Source: Sphingobacteriaceae bacterium (GTDB lineage: Bacteria; Bacillota; Sulfobacillia; Thermaerobacterales; RSA17). From it: a stretch of DNA of 64,000 bases. Within the stretch, counting starts at the first letter, position 1; every line of letters starts with the position of its first letter. The stretch lies in contig DATGRI010000058.1 in the NCBI GenBank assembly GCA_035303785.1, positions 2,306 through 66,305 on the forward strand. Reading direction: 5' to 3'. The notes below the pieces were generated by a model. That model saw nothing but the letters and a program-made list of their open reading frames with translations, was not told the origin of the DNA and made no database searches. Shown here one piece after another: positions 31,060 through 40,171 of the stretch. The position numbers and the translations under genes were made by a program.

Positions 31060-31622
31060 GGGCTCTCACCGCTGCCGGCGGTTTCTTGGGGGCTGCCCGC
31101 CCCGGCAAGCCGGCGGCGCAGTTCATCGCCGGCGGCGGCCACCTGGGCCGCCATCTGCTCCCGGTGGGCCGCCAGGCGGGGCACCAGTTCCGGGTAGCGC
31201 AGGGCCAGGATGCGGGCCGCCAGGAAGGCGGCGTTGGCGCCCCCGTCGATGGCTACCGTGGCCACGGGCACGCCGCTGGGCATCTGCACCGTGGCCAGGA
31301 GGGCGTCCAGGCCGTCGGTGGCCCAGGCTTTCACGGGCACGCCGATCACCGGCAGGTGGGTGTAGGCGGCGATGACGCCGGCCAGGTGGGCGGAGCCCCC
31401 CGCCAAGGCGATGATGACGGCTATGCCCCGTTCATGGGCTGTACGGGCGAATTGGGCTACGGTGTCGGGGGTGCGGTGGGCGGAAGCGACGGTGACTTCG
31501 TAGGGAATGGCCAGTTGGTCTAGTGTAGTGGTGACCTTGGCGACCACCGGGGCATCGGAGGCACTGCCGGCCAGTACGGCCACCAGAGGCCCGGGGAGGC
31601 CGTCGCCCTGGGCGGGTGTCAC
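31056..31622 (-). CDS. purE: N5-CAIR mutase (class I PurE)
   Basis: [21 protein letters not shown] (class-I type), [22 protein letters not shown] 31622 lies 4 nt after GGAGGTGG. No purK follows it. Confidence 0.9.
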   Translation of the reverse strand: MTPAQGDGLPGPLVAVLAGSASDAPVVAKVTTTLDQLAIPYEVTVASAHRTPDTVAQFARTAHERGIAVIIALAGGSAHLAGVIAAYTHLPVIGVPVKAWATDGLDALLATVQMPSGVPVATVAIDGGANAAFLAARILALRYPELVPRLAAHREQMAAQVAAAGDELRRRLAGAGSPQETAGSGESP

Positions 31623-31637
31623 GGTACCACCTCCGGT

Positions 31638-31653
31638 AATGTTCGCGCTTTTC
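31638..31653 (-). promoter_or_regulatory. PurBox-like element, proximal copy (abuts purE SD)
   Basis: Minus strand GAAAAGCGCGAACATT, containing the CGAACATT core of the Firmicute PurR box (AWWWCCGAACWWT). It is followed by ACC-GGAGGTGG-TACC-GTG(purE). Confidence 0.4.
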
Positions 31654-31673
31654 CCTGGAATGTCTGTACCGAC

Positions 31674-31702
31674 ATCATGCCACATGGGCTATGGCCGGGC
31701 AA
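31674..31702 (-). promoter_or_regulatory. Candidate purE promoter
   Basis: Minus strand TTGCCC (31702..31697), 17 nt, TGg-CATGAT (31679..31674, with an extended -10 TG). The hexamers are weak, so this is tentative. Confidence 0.3.
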
Positions 31703-31733
31703 CGGGCAAACGAAAACGGTCGGATCCCCGGAC

Positions 31734-31749
31734 AATGTTCGTATTTTTC
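31734..31749 (-). promoter_or_regulatory. PurBox-like element, distal copy
   Basis: Minus strand GAAAAATACGAACATT, a direct repeat of the proximal copy (13/16 identical), 96 nt upstream of it. It is centred roughly 75 nt upstream of the transcription start implied by the candidate -10. Confidence 0.4.
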
Positions 31750-31763
31750 TCCGGCTCCGGGGG

Positions 31764-32414
31764 CTAGTCCAGGGTGACGAGCCCCTTGCGGATGGCGTAC
31801 TTGGTCAACTGCACCGCATCGTGGAGCTGCAGCTTCTCCATGATGTTGGCCCGGTGGGCCTGCACCGTCTTGATGCTGATGAACAGGCGGTCGGCGATCT
31901 GCTGGTTGGTGAGGCCGTCGGCCACCAGCTTCAGCACTTCGATCTCCCGCTCCGTCAGGCCGTCGTAATCTTCCCGCTTCTCCCCGGCGCCCCGGCCGTG
32001 GAAGGCCATCCGGGCCACCTCGGGGTGGAGAATGGTGTGGCCCTGATGGACGGCCCGCAGGGCGGTCTTCAACTCCGAGGCCGCCGACCGCTTCAGCACG
32101 TAGCCCGCCGCGCCGGCCTGCATCAGCGGTGCCACGTATTCCTCGTCATCGTGCATGCTCAGGATGAGCACCTTGGTCTCGGGGAAGTCCTTGCGGATCT
32201 TGCGGGTGGCCTCGATGCCGTTCATGCGGGGCATGCCGATGTCCATCAGCACCACGTCGGGCCGCAGTTCGGCCACCATGGCCACGGCCTCTTCCCCGTC
32301 GGCGGCTTCGCCCACCACTTCCACATCGTCCTCCCGCTCCAGCAGGGAGCGGATCCCCTGGCGCAATATGCTGTGGTCGTCCACCAGCAGCACCCTGATG
32401 CGCTCTTCAGCCAT
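31764..32414 (-). CDS. Response regulator, NarL/LuxR (DegU/LiaR-like) family
   Basis: REC domain (RVLLVDDHSILRQG, DVVLMDIGMPRMNG) plus LuxR HTH (LTEREIEVLKLVADGLTNQQIADRLFISIKTVQAHR). ATG 32414 lies 6 nt after GGAGGGG. Confidence 0.9.
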   Translation of the reverse strand: MAEERIRVLLVDDHSILRQGIRSLLEREDDVEVVGEAADGEEAVAMVAELRPDVVLMDIGMPRMNGIEATRKIRKDFPETKVLILSMHDDEEYVAPLMQAGAAGYVLKRSAASELKTALRAVHQGHTILHPEVARMAFHGRGAGEKREDYDGLTEREIEVLKLVADGLTNQQIADRLFISIKTVQAHRANIMEKLQLHDAVQLTKYAIRKGLVTLD

Positions 32415-32428
32415 CTGCACCCCTCCCC

Positions 32429-33481
32429 TCATAGGTTGGCCACGGTGCGGGGAATCACCACCTTGACGGTGGTGCCCCGGCCGCGGATGGATGCTACCGT
32501 CAGGCGGCCGCCCACCAGTTCGGCCCTTTCCCGCATGCCGAAGAGCCCCATGCCCCGCCCGTTGGCGTCGGCCTTCTCCAGCTCCAGCAAGGAGAAGCCG
32601 ACACCGTCGTCGGTGATTTCCGCCGTCAGGGACTCTTCCGTCTCCCGCATGGTCACCGTCACGCTGCGGGCCCGGGCGTGCTTCTGCACATTGGTCAGGG
32701 CTTCTTGCACGATGCGGAACAAGGCCGTTTCCACTTCGTCGGGCAGCCGGCCCTGGAAGCCTTCTACGTCCATCTCCACGTGGATGCCCAAGGGGTCCAA
32801 TTTATGTTTAACATACCAGCGCAAGGCGGGGACGAGGCCCAGATCGTCCAGGATGGTGGGGCGCATGTCGAAGGTGATGCGCCGGGTTTCCGTCAGGGCG
32901 TCGGCGGCCATGTCCCGGATGCGGCCGATCTCCTCCGCCAGTTGGGCGTGGTTGGGGGAGCCGGCCAGGGAGTCCTTGATCAGGTCCAGCCGGATGACCA
33001 GGTTGGTCAAGGCCTGGCTCGTCTCGTCGTGGAGTTCCCGGGCGAAGCGCTTCCGCTCGTCCTCCAGGGCCCGCAGGATCTGGGAGGCCACGCTGCGCTG
33101 GTGCCGGGCCAGTTCGTCCAGCATCTGGTTCAAGGTGGCGGCCAGTTCCGCCACATCGGGGTCGCCGCTGATCTCCGGCGCCCGCTTTTCCCGGTCACCG
33201 CGGCGGATTTCCTCCATGGTTTCCCGCAGCAGGAACAAGGGGTGGAAGGCCACCCGCATCAGCAGGTAGTTGATGAGGAGACTGGCGCTGATGGCCGCGG
33301 CCAGGATGACGGTGGAGCCGGTGTAGGCGCCGGCCAGATCGGGCGCCGGCTCCCGAACGATGACCCAGGCCGATGCCAGGGCGGTGCCGGCGATCAAGGC
33401 CACGTTGGCCACCAACACCTTGTAGAAGATGGGTACCTGGGCATTCAGCCGGCGGATTACGTCGGCCACTGCCTGCAACAC
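32429..33481 (-). CDS. Sensor histidine kinase, HisKA_3 (NarX/DesK/LiaS-like) family
   Basis: Two TM segments, a HAMP-like linker, H-box ERKRFARELHDETSQALT and HATPase_c (VQEALTNVQKHA, DDGVGF, GMGLFGMRERAELVGG). GTG start 7 nt after GGAGG. Confidence 0.88.
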   Translation of the reverse strand: MLQAVADVIRRLNAQVPIFYKVLVANVALIAGTALASAWVIVREPAPDLAGAYTGSTVILAAAISASLLINYLLMRVAFHPLFLLRETMEEIRRGDREKRAPEISGDPDVAELAATLNQMLDELARHQRSVASQILRALEDERKRFARELHDETSQALTNLVIRLDLIKDSLAGSPNHAQLAEEIGRIRDMAADALTETRRITFDMRPTILDDLGLVPALRWYVKHKLDPLGIHVEMDVEGFQGRLPDEVETALFRIVQEALTNVQKHARARSVTVTMRETEESLTAEITDDGVGFSLLELEKADANGRGMGLFGMRERAELVGGRLTVASIRGRGTTVKVVIPRTVANL

Positions 33482-33496
33482 TGGCGGTCCTCCGTT

Positions 33497-34726
33497 TCAT
33501 TCCCATTCGATGGTGCCGGGGGGCTTGGCGGTAATATCATAGGCCACCCGGGTGATGCCGGGCACTTCCCGCAGGATGCGGTCCGACAGCCGGGCCAGCA
33601 GGTCGTGGGGCAGGCGGGCCCACCCGGCGGTGACGGCATCCTGGCCGGTTACGGCCCGCAGCACCAGGGCCTCGCCGTACACCCGGCGGCCGTCGTCGGT
33701 GCCCACGGCCCGGGCGCCCGTCAAGACGGCGAAATACTGCCAGATGTCCCGGTCCAGCCCCGCCTGCCGGATCTCCTCCCGGAGGATGGCATCGGCCCGG
33801 CGCAGGACGGCCAGGCGCTGCGGCGTTACCTCTCCCAGCACCCGGATGGCCAGCCCGGGGCCGGGGAAGGGCTGGCGCCAGATGAGTTCCGGCGGCAGCC
33901 CCAGGGCGACGCCCACATCCCGCACCTCGTCCTTGAACAAATAGCGCAGGGGCTCCAGCAGGTCCAATTCCATCCGCTCGGGCAGCCCCACGTTGTGGTG
34001 GGTCTTGAGGGCTTTCCCCGACAGGAGCCCGCTTTCCAAGACATCGGTGTAGAGGGTGCCCTGGAGAAGGAAATCCATGTGGCCCAGGCGCCGGGCCTCC
34101 TCTTCGAAGACGGCGATGAATTCAGCCCCGATGCGGCGCCGCTTTTCTTCGGGGTCGGCCACCCCGGCCAGGGCCGCCAGGAACCGCTCCCCCGCATCCA
34201 CCGTGACTACGTTCCAGCCGAAGCTGCTGAAGGATTGGGGCACTTCCCGGGCCTCGCCCTCCCGCAGGAGGCCGTGGTCCACGAACAGGCACACCAGGCG
34301 CCGGCCGATGGCCCGGTGGACCAATGCCGCCGCCACCATGGAGTCCACGCCCCCGCTGAGGCCGGCCACCACGGTGCCGTCGCCCACCTTGTCCCGAATG
34401 GCCTGCACCGCCTGGTCCACCTGGGCCGCCGGCGACCAGCCGCCCCGACAGCCGCACTCCCGGAACAAGAAATCCCGCAGCCGGTCTTCGGCCACGGGCT
34501 CGCTGCCGGCCGCCAGGACGGGCAGTTCCGCCAATCCCGAAGCAGGGTCCTGATGGGTCGTCAACACCACGCCCCGCACCGCGGGCAGATCCCAGCCCTT
34601 GGGCGCGGTGCCGGGGGGCTGCAGTTCACAGTAAACGCCCAAGCTGCGAATTTGCCGCACCAGGCGGTGGCCCGCGCCGGTGCCGCCATCCACCACGATG
34701 ATGGCTTCGTCCCGGGAACGGAACAT
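33497..34726 (-). CDS. guaA: GMP synthase with intact ATP-pyrophosphatase/dimerisation domains but a truncated GATase domain
   Basis: The ATP-PPase P-loop ([11 protein letters not shown]) and C-terminus ([39 protein letters not shown]) are conserved. The N-terminus keeps only [27 protein letters not shown]... and then joins directly to the ...[10 protein letters not shown] linker. There is no G(V/I)CYGMQ Cys or HPE His/Glu segment. The protein is 409 aa, versus about 510-525 aa for fused GuaA as I recall. Confidence 0.85.
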   Translation of the reverse strand: MFRSRDEAIIVVDGGTGAGHRLVRQIRSLGVYCELQPPGTAPKGWDLPAVRGVVLTTHQDPASGLAELPVLAAGSEPVAEDRLRDFLFRECGCRGGWSPAAQVDQAVQAIRDKVGDGTVVAGLSGGVDSMVAAALVHRAIGRRLVCLFVDHGLLREGEAREVPQSFSSFGWNVVTVDAGERFLAALAGVADPEEKRRRIGAEFIAVFEEEARRLGHMDFLLQGTLYTDVLESGLLSGKALKTHHNVGLPERMELDLLEPLRYLFKDEVRDVGVALGLPPELIWRQPFPGPGLAIRVLGEVTPQRLAVLRRADAILREEIRQAGLDRDIWQYFAVLTGARAVGTDDGRRVYGEALVLRAVTGQDAVTAGWARLPHDLLARLSDRILREVPGITRVAYDITAKPPGTIEWE

Positions 34727-34727
34727 G

Positions 34728-35321
34728 CTACGCTCCCCCGCCGTCGTCGTCCCGGCCGGCGGCGCCCGTGGCCGATTCCTTCAGCACCGCCACATGGGGC
34801 AGGTTGCGGAAGTGCTCGTCCCAGTCCAGACCGTACCCCACCACGAAGGCGTCGGGGATGGTGAAGCCCCGGTAGTGGACGGGGGCCTCCACCTCCCGCC
34901 GGTCGATCTTGTCCAGGAGCACGCACACCCGCAGGCTGCGGGGGCCCCGGCTCAAGAGATGGTCGTACAAGTAGCGCAAGGTGAGCCCGGTGTCGATGAT
35001 GTCCTCCACGATGAGGACGTGGCGGCCGGCGATGGACAGGTCCAGGTCTTTCAAAATGCGCACCACGCCCGAGTGGCGGGTGGCGGCGCCGTAGCTGGAC
35101 ACGGCCATGAAGTCGAAGGTGACGGGCACCGTTATGGACCGGGCCAGGTCGGCCAGGAAGATGACGGCGCCCTTCAAGATGCCGACGCAGATGAGTTCGT
35201 TGCCCACGCTCAGGCCGGCATAGTCTTGGGAAATGGTCTCCGCCAGTTCCTTGACCCTGGCGGCGATGACCTCTTCCGACAGGAGAACGTGATCGATGTA
35301 ATCGCCAGTCAAAGGAAGCAT
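34728..35321 (-). CDS. hpt: Hypoxanthine-guanine phosphoribosyltransferase
   Basis: PRPP motif [14 protein letters not shown], plus [14 protein letters not shown]. The start is set at ATG 35321. The stop lies 1 nt before the guaA ATG. Confidence 0.88.
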   Translation of the reverse strand: MLPLTGDYIDHVLLSEEVIAARVKELAETISQDYAGLSVGNELICVGILKGAVIFLADLARSITVPVTFDFMAVSSYGAATRHSGVVRILKDLDLSIAGRHVLIVEDIIDTGLTLRYLYDHLLSRGPRSLRVCVLLDKIDRREVEAPVHYRGFTIPDAFVVGYGLDWDEHFRNLPHVAVLKESATGAAGRDDDGGGA

Positions 35322-35409
35322 CCCTCCCAGCACCCGGGGGCCGCGGGGGCATGATCCCGGGGCCCGCCGGACCGTGCCGGAATCTTCGTGGATACTATAC
35401 ACCATAAGG

Positions 35410-35453
35410 AATGACAAAGCCCCCGGCAGTCCCCCAAGGGGACCGCCGGGGGC
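35410..35453 (-). terminator. Intrinsic terminator of groES-groEL
   Basis: RNA: GCCCCCGGCGGUCCCC..GGGGACUGCCGGGGGC (about 15 bp, one G.U) followed by UUUGUCAUU. It lies about 40 nt after the groEL stop. Confidence 0.7.
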
Positions 35454-35494
35454 CGGCGTAATGGGCCTCTTCCGATGCCGGGACGGCAGGATGC

Positions 35495-37156
<1,662 letters not shown>

Positions 37157-37211
37157 TCAGGGAAGGGGGCGGCTGATTCCCATCAAACCGGCCGGAAACT
37201 AGGGCCGGGGC

Positions 37212-37526
37212 TCACTTTTCGACGACGGCCAGAATGTCCCGCTCGCTCAAGATCAGGTACTCTTTGTCGTCGATCTTGATTTCGGTGCCGGCGTACTTGG
37301 AGTAGATGACCGTGTCGCCGACGGACACTTCCGGCTCCACCTTCTGGCCGTTCTCCAGCAGGCGGCCGGAGCCGACGGCTACAACGCGGCCCTCCTGGGG
37401 CTTTTCCTTGGCGGTGTCGGGCAGCACGATGCCGCCCACGGTCTTCTCCCCCTCTTCGATCACCTCGATAACTACCCGATCACCGAGGGGGCGAACCTTG
37501 AGGGCCGTGCCTTCCGTGACGGCCAT
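37212..37526 (-). CDS. groS: Co-chaperonin GroES
   Basis: [49 protein letters not shown] 37526 lies 6 nt after AAGGAGGGA. Confidence 0.93.
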   Translation of the reverse strand: MAVTEGTALKVRPLGDRVVIEVIEEGEKTVGGIVLPDTAKEKPQEGRVVAVGSGRLLENGQKVEPEVSVGDTVIYSKYAGTEIKIDDKEYLILSERDILAVVEK

Positions 37527-37570
37527 GGGCATTCCCTCCTTGTTGGGGATGAGATTGTTCCTAGGGATTG

Positions 37571-37597
37571 TTAGCACTCGACCCTGGTGAGTGCTAG
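37571..37597. promoter_or_regulatory. CIRCE element (HrcA operator)
   Basis: TTAGCACTC-gaccctggt-GAGTGCTAG matches TTAGCACTC-N9-GAGTGCTAA with one mismatch. It lies between the predicted promoter and the groES start. Confidence 0.9.
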
Positions 37598-37614
37598 GTT
37601 CGATGCCAGTACAT

Positions 37615-37643
37615 ATCATAAGGAGCCGCCTGGGTGGCGTCAA
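37615..37643 (-). promoter_or_regulatory. groES promoter
   Basis: Minus strand TTGACG (37643..37638), 17 nt, TATGAT (37620..37615), immediately upstream of CIRCE. Confidence 0.6.
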
Positions 37644-37669
37644 GAGTTTTCCAGCCCCGGCGCCCCCGC

Positions 37670-38194
37670 CTACAAAAGCCTTATCTGAGCCTCCGTCCGG
37701 TGCTCCTGGAGCCGGGACAGGGCCGCCCGCAGCACCGGCGCCGTGATGTGGACGGCGGCGGCGATGTCGTTGGGGGCCTCGGGCAAGTTGACCACCAAGG
37801 TGCGCCCCCGCAGGCCGGCCTGGGCGCGGCTGAGGAGGAACTCGGGCCGGGCGGCGCCCAGCTGGGCCCGCATGGCCTCGGCGATGCCGGGCACCAGGCG
37901 GTGGATGACCAGCATGGTTCCTTCGGGCGCCACGTCTTCCCGGTGGAAGCCGGTGCCGCCTACGGTGAAGACCAAGGGGAAGCGGTAGTGATCGGCAAAG
38001 CGGGCGATGTTCTCCGCCACCGCTTCGGGGTCGGGCTTGACGCCGGTGTACTCCCGCACCCTCAGCCCCAAGGGGGCCAAGGCCGCCGCCAGGGCTTCGA
38101 CGCAGGCGGCCTCACCGTATTGGACAATCTGCCTGGTCCGCAGAATTACTACACCCACGTCGCCGGCATGCAGGTCGTCGGTTGACAGGCTCAT
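37670..38194 (-). CDS. mogA: Molybdenum cofactor biosynthesis protein, MogA/MoaB family
   Basis: MoCF_biosynth-type pattern ([48 protein letters not shown]). Confidence 0.7.
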   Translation of the reverse strand: MSLSTDDLHAGDVGVVILRTRQIVQYGEAACVEALAAALAPLGLRVREYTGVKPDPEAVAENIARFADHYRFPLVFTVGGTGFHREDVAPEGTMLVIHRLVPGIAEAMRAQLGAARPEFLLSRAQAGLRGRTLVVNLPEAPNDIAAAVHITAPVLRAALSRLQEHRTEAQIRLL

Positions 38195-38338
38195 GAGCGG
38201 TGACCTCCCGCGGGGTCAGGGTGTCCGAGGACCCGGCAGATGCACCATGCCCCATGGGACACTGCACCCCCACATGGTATTAGTGGGCCGGGCGGCCCTG
38301 CCTATATACACAGTACCCCCTAAAGAGTACCCCAAGGT

Positions 38339-39163
38339 TTACCTGTCTGTCCGGGGATCCAGGGCGTCCCGCAGCCCATCCCCCACAAAATTGATGGCCA
38401 GCACCGTTATGAAGATGAACAAGCCGGGGAAAAAGGTGTACCAAAAGTTGTTGAGCACCATGTACTCCTTGCCGTCCCGCAGCAGCTGCCCCCAACTGGC
38501 GGTGCCCGGCACGCCCAGGCCCAGGTAGCTCAAGGCCGACTCCCCCAGGATGGCGCTGCCCACGGTCAAGGTGGCGTAGACGACGATGGGGCCCGTCAAG
38601 TTGGGCAGCAGGTGGCGCAGGATGATGCGGCCCGTGGGGACGCCCACGGCCACCGCCCCTTCCACGAATTCCTGCCGGCGCAGGGCCAGCACCTCGGCCC
38701 GGGCGATCCGGGCCATGCCGGGCCAGGAAATCAAGGCCAGCACCCACACCAGCACCCAGAAGCCGGGCTCGAACAGCACCACCATGGCCAGGGCCAGGAA
38801 CATGAAGGGGAAGGTGAGCATCACGTCGGTGAAGCGCATCAACAGGCCGTCCAGGGGGCCGCCCCAGAAGCCGGCCACGGTGCCCACCACCACCCCCACC
38901 CCGGTGGCCAGGACGGCCGTCAGCAGGCCGATGGCCAGGGAGATACGGGAACCGTGCAGCACCCGGCTGAACAAGTCCCGGCCCATCTGGTCGGTGCCCA
39001 TCCAGTGGGTCCTGCCGGGCCGGGCGTGGCGCGGGCCTACAAAAGGCTCGTCGGGGTCATAGGGCGCCAGCCAGGGCGCCCCCGCCGCCGCCAGCCCCAG
39101 CAATATCAGGACTATGAGCCCGGCCACCGCGGCCCGGTTGCGCCGGAAGCGGGTTCTAGTCAT
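38339..39163 (-). CDS. oppC: Oligopeptide/dipeptide ABC transporter permease (OppC/DppC-type)
   Basis: Six-TM BPD_transp_1 permease with N-terminal RRNRAAVAGLIVLILL and an EAA-like loop (ARIARAEVLALRRQEFVEGAVAVG). Start overlaps the oppB stop. Confidence 0.88.
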   Translation of the reverse strand: MTRTRFRRNRAAVAGLIVLILLGLAAAGAPWLAPYDPDEPFVGPRHARPGRTHWMGTDQMGRDLFSRVLHGSRISLAIGLLTAVLATGVGVVVGTVAGFWGGPLDGLLMRFTDVMLTFPFMFLALAMVVLFEPGFWVLVWVLALISWPGMARIARAEVLALRRQEFVEGAVAVGVPTGRIILRHLLPNLTGPIVVYATLTVGSAILGESALSYLGLGVPGTASWGQLLRDGKEYMVLNNFWYTFFPGLFIFITVLAINFVGDGLRDALDPRTDR

Positions 39164-40115
39164 AGCGGATCCGGGGGTCCAGCAGGGCGTAGGCGATGTC
39201 CGCCGCCAGATTGCACAGCAGGGTCAGCAGGGCGGCGATGGTGAGCACGCCCATGATGGCGGGGTAGTCCCGGCTCATGACGCTGCGCCACGTGTAGAAG
39301 CCCAGCCCGGGCCAGCCGAAGACCTGCTCCGTCACCAGGGCCCCGCTCAGCAGGACGGGCACGTCCATGCCCAGCATGGTAATGAGGGGAAGCAGGGCGT
39401 TTTTCAAGGCGTGGCGGTAAAGGACCACCTTTTCCGGCAGGCCCGCCGCCCGGGCGGTGCGGATGTAGTCGGACCGGAGCACCGTCATGAGGCTGGCCCG
39501 GAGGAAGCGCATGTAGGCTGCCGCCCCCGCCGTGCCCAGCACCACCGTGGGCATGATGAGCCGCCTGCCCGTCTCTGCCGCCGACCGCCATCCTCCCTGC
39601 ACGTCCAGGCTCTCCATGCCGAAGCTGGGCAGCCAGCCCAGGCGGACGGAAAACACCCAGATGAGCAGCAGGCCCAGCCAGAAGTTGGGCATGGCCAGGC
39701 CCATGAGGCCCAGGCCCGAGGCCAGGTGATCCACGGTGGAACGGGGGCGCAGGGCGCTGAGGGTGCCCAGGGGCACCGCCACGACCAGGGCGAAGGTCAA
39801 GGCCGACGCCGCCAGCAGGGCGGTGGCGGGGAACCGCTCCTTCACCTCGGCCAGCACCGGCCGGTTGGAGGACAGGGATACGCCCAGGTCGCCCCGCAGG
39901 AAGTTGGTGAGCCAGCGCCAGTACTGGACATGCAGGGGATCGTCCAGCCCCCACCGCTGGCGGAGGCGGGCCAGCTGGGCGGGGTCCACGTTGGCGCCGG
40001 CGTACTGGGCCAGGGGATCGCCCGGGGCCAATTTGATGATCACGAAGGTGATCACGGTGATGAGGAGCAAGGTGGGCACCAAGCCCAGCAATCGGCGGAT
40101 GACATAGGCCGTCAT
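39156..40115 (-). CDS. oppB: Oligopeptide/dipeptide ABC transporter permease (OppB/DppB-type)
   Basis: MTAYVIRRLLGLVPTLLLITVITFVIIKLAPGDP (classic OppB N-terminus), plus DYIRTARAAGLPEKVVLYRHALKNALLP. Confidence 0.9.
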   Translation of the reverse strand: MTAYVIRRLLGLVPTLLLITVITFVIIKLAPGDPLAQYAGANVDPAQLARLRQRWGLDDPLHVQYWRWLTNFLRGDLGVSLSSNRPVLAEVKERFPATALLAASALTFALVVAVPLGTLSALRPRSTVDHLASGLGLMGLAMPNFWLGLLLIWVFSVRLGWLPSFGMESLDVQGGWRSAAETGRRLIMPTVVLGTAGAAAYMRFLRASLMTVLRSDYIRTARAAGLPEKVVLYRHALKNALLPLITMLGMDVPVLLSGALVTEQVFGWPGLGFYTWRSVMSRDYPAIMGVLTIAALLTLLCNLAADIAYALLDPRIRYD

Positions 40116-40171
40116 GGGGGCTCGCCGTCCCTAAGCCGGCGGGGGGCCGGAGACTGGAAATGTCCCCGGCC

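Noticed and set aside
31623-31763. Possible purine (guanine/adenine) or ZTP riboswitch in the purE leader.
   Set aside because: I could not find the conserved junction and loop sequences of either class by eye, only the PurBox-like repeats. A covariance-model scan would be needed to exclude one formally.
38285-38298. GGGCCGGGCGGCCC palindrome after oppC, considered as a terminator.
   Set aside because: It forms only a 5-6 bp stem with a minimal loop and no U-tract, which is too weak to call.
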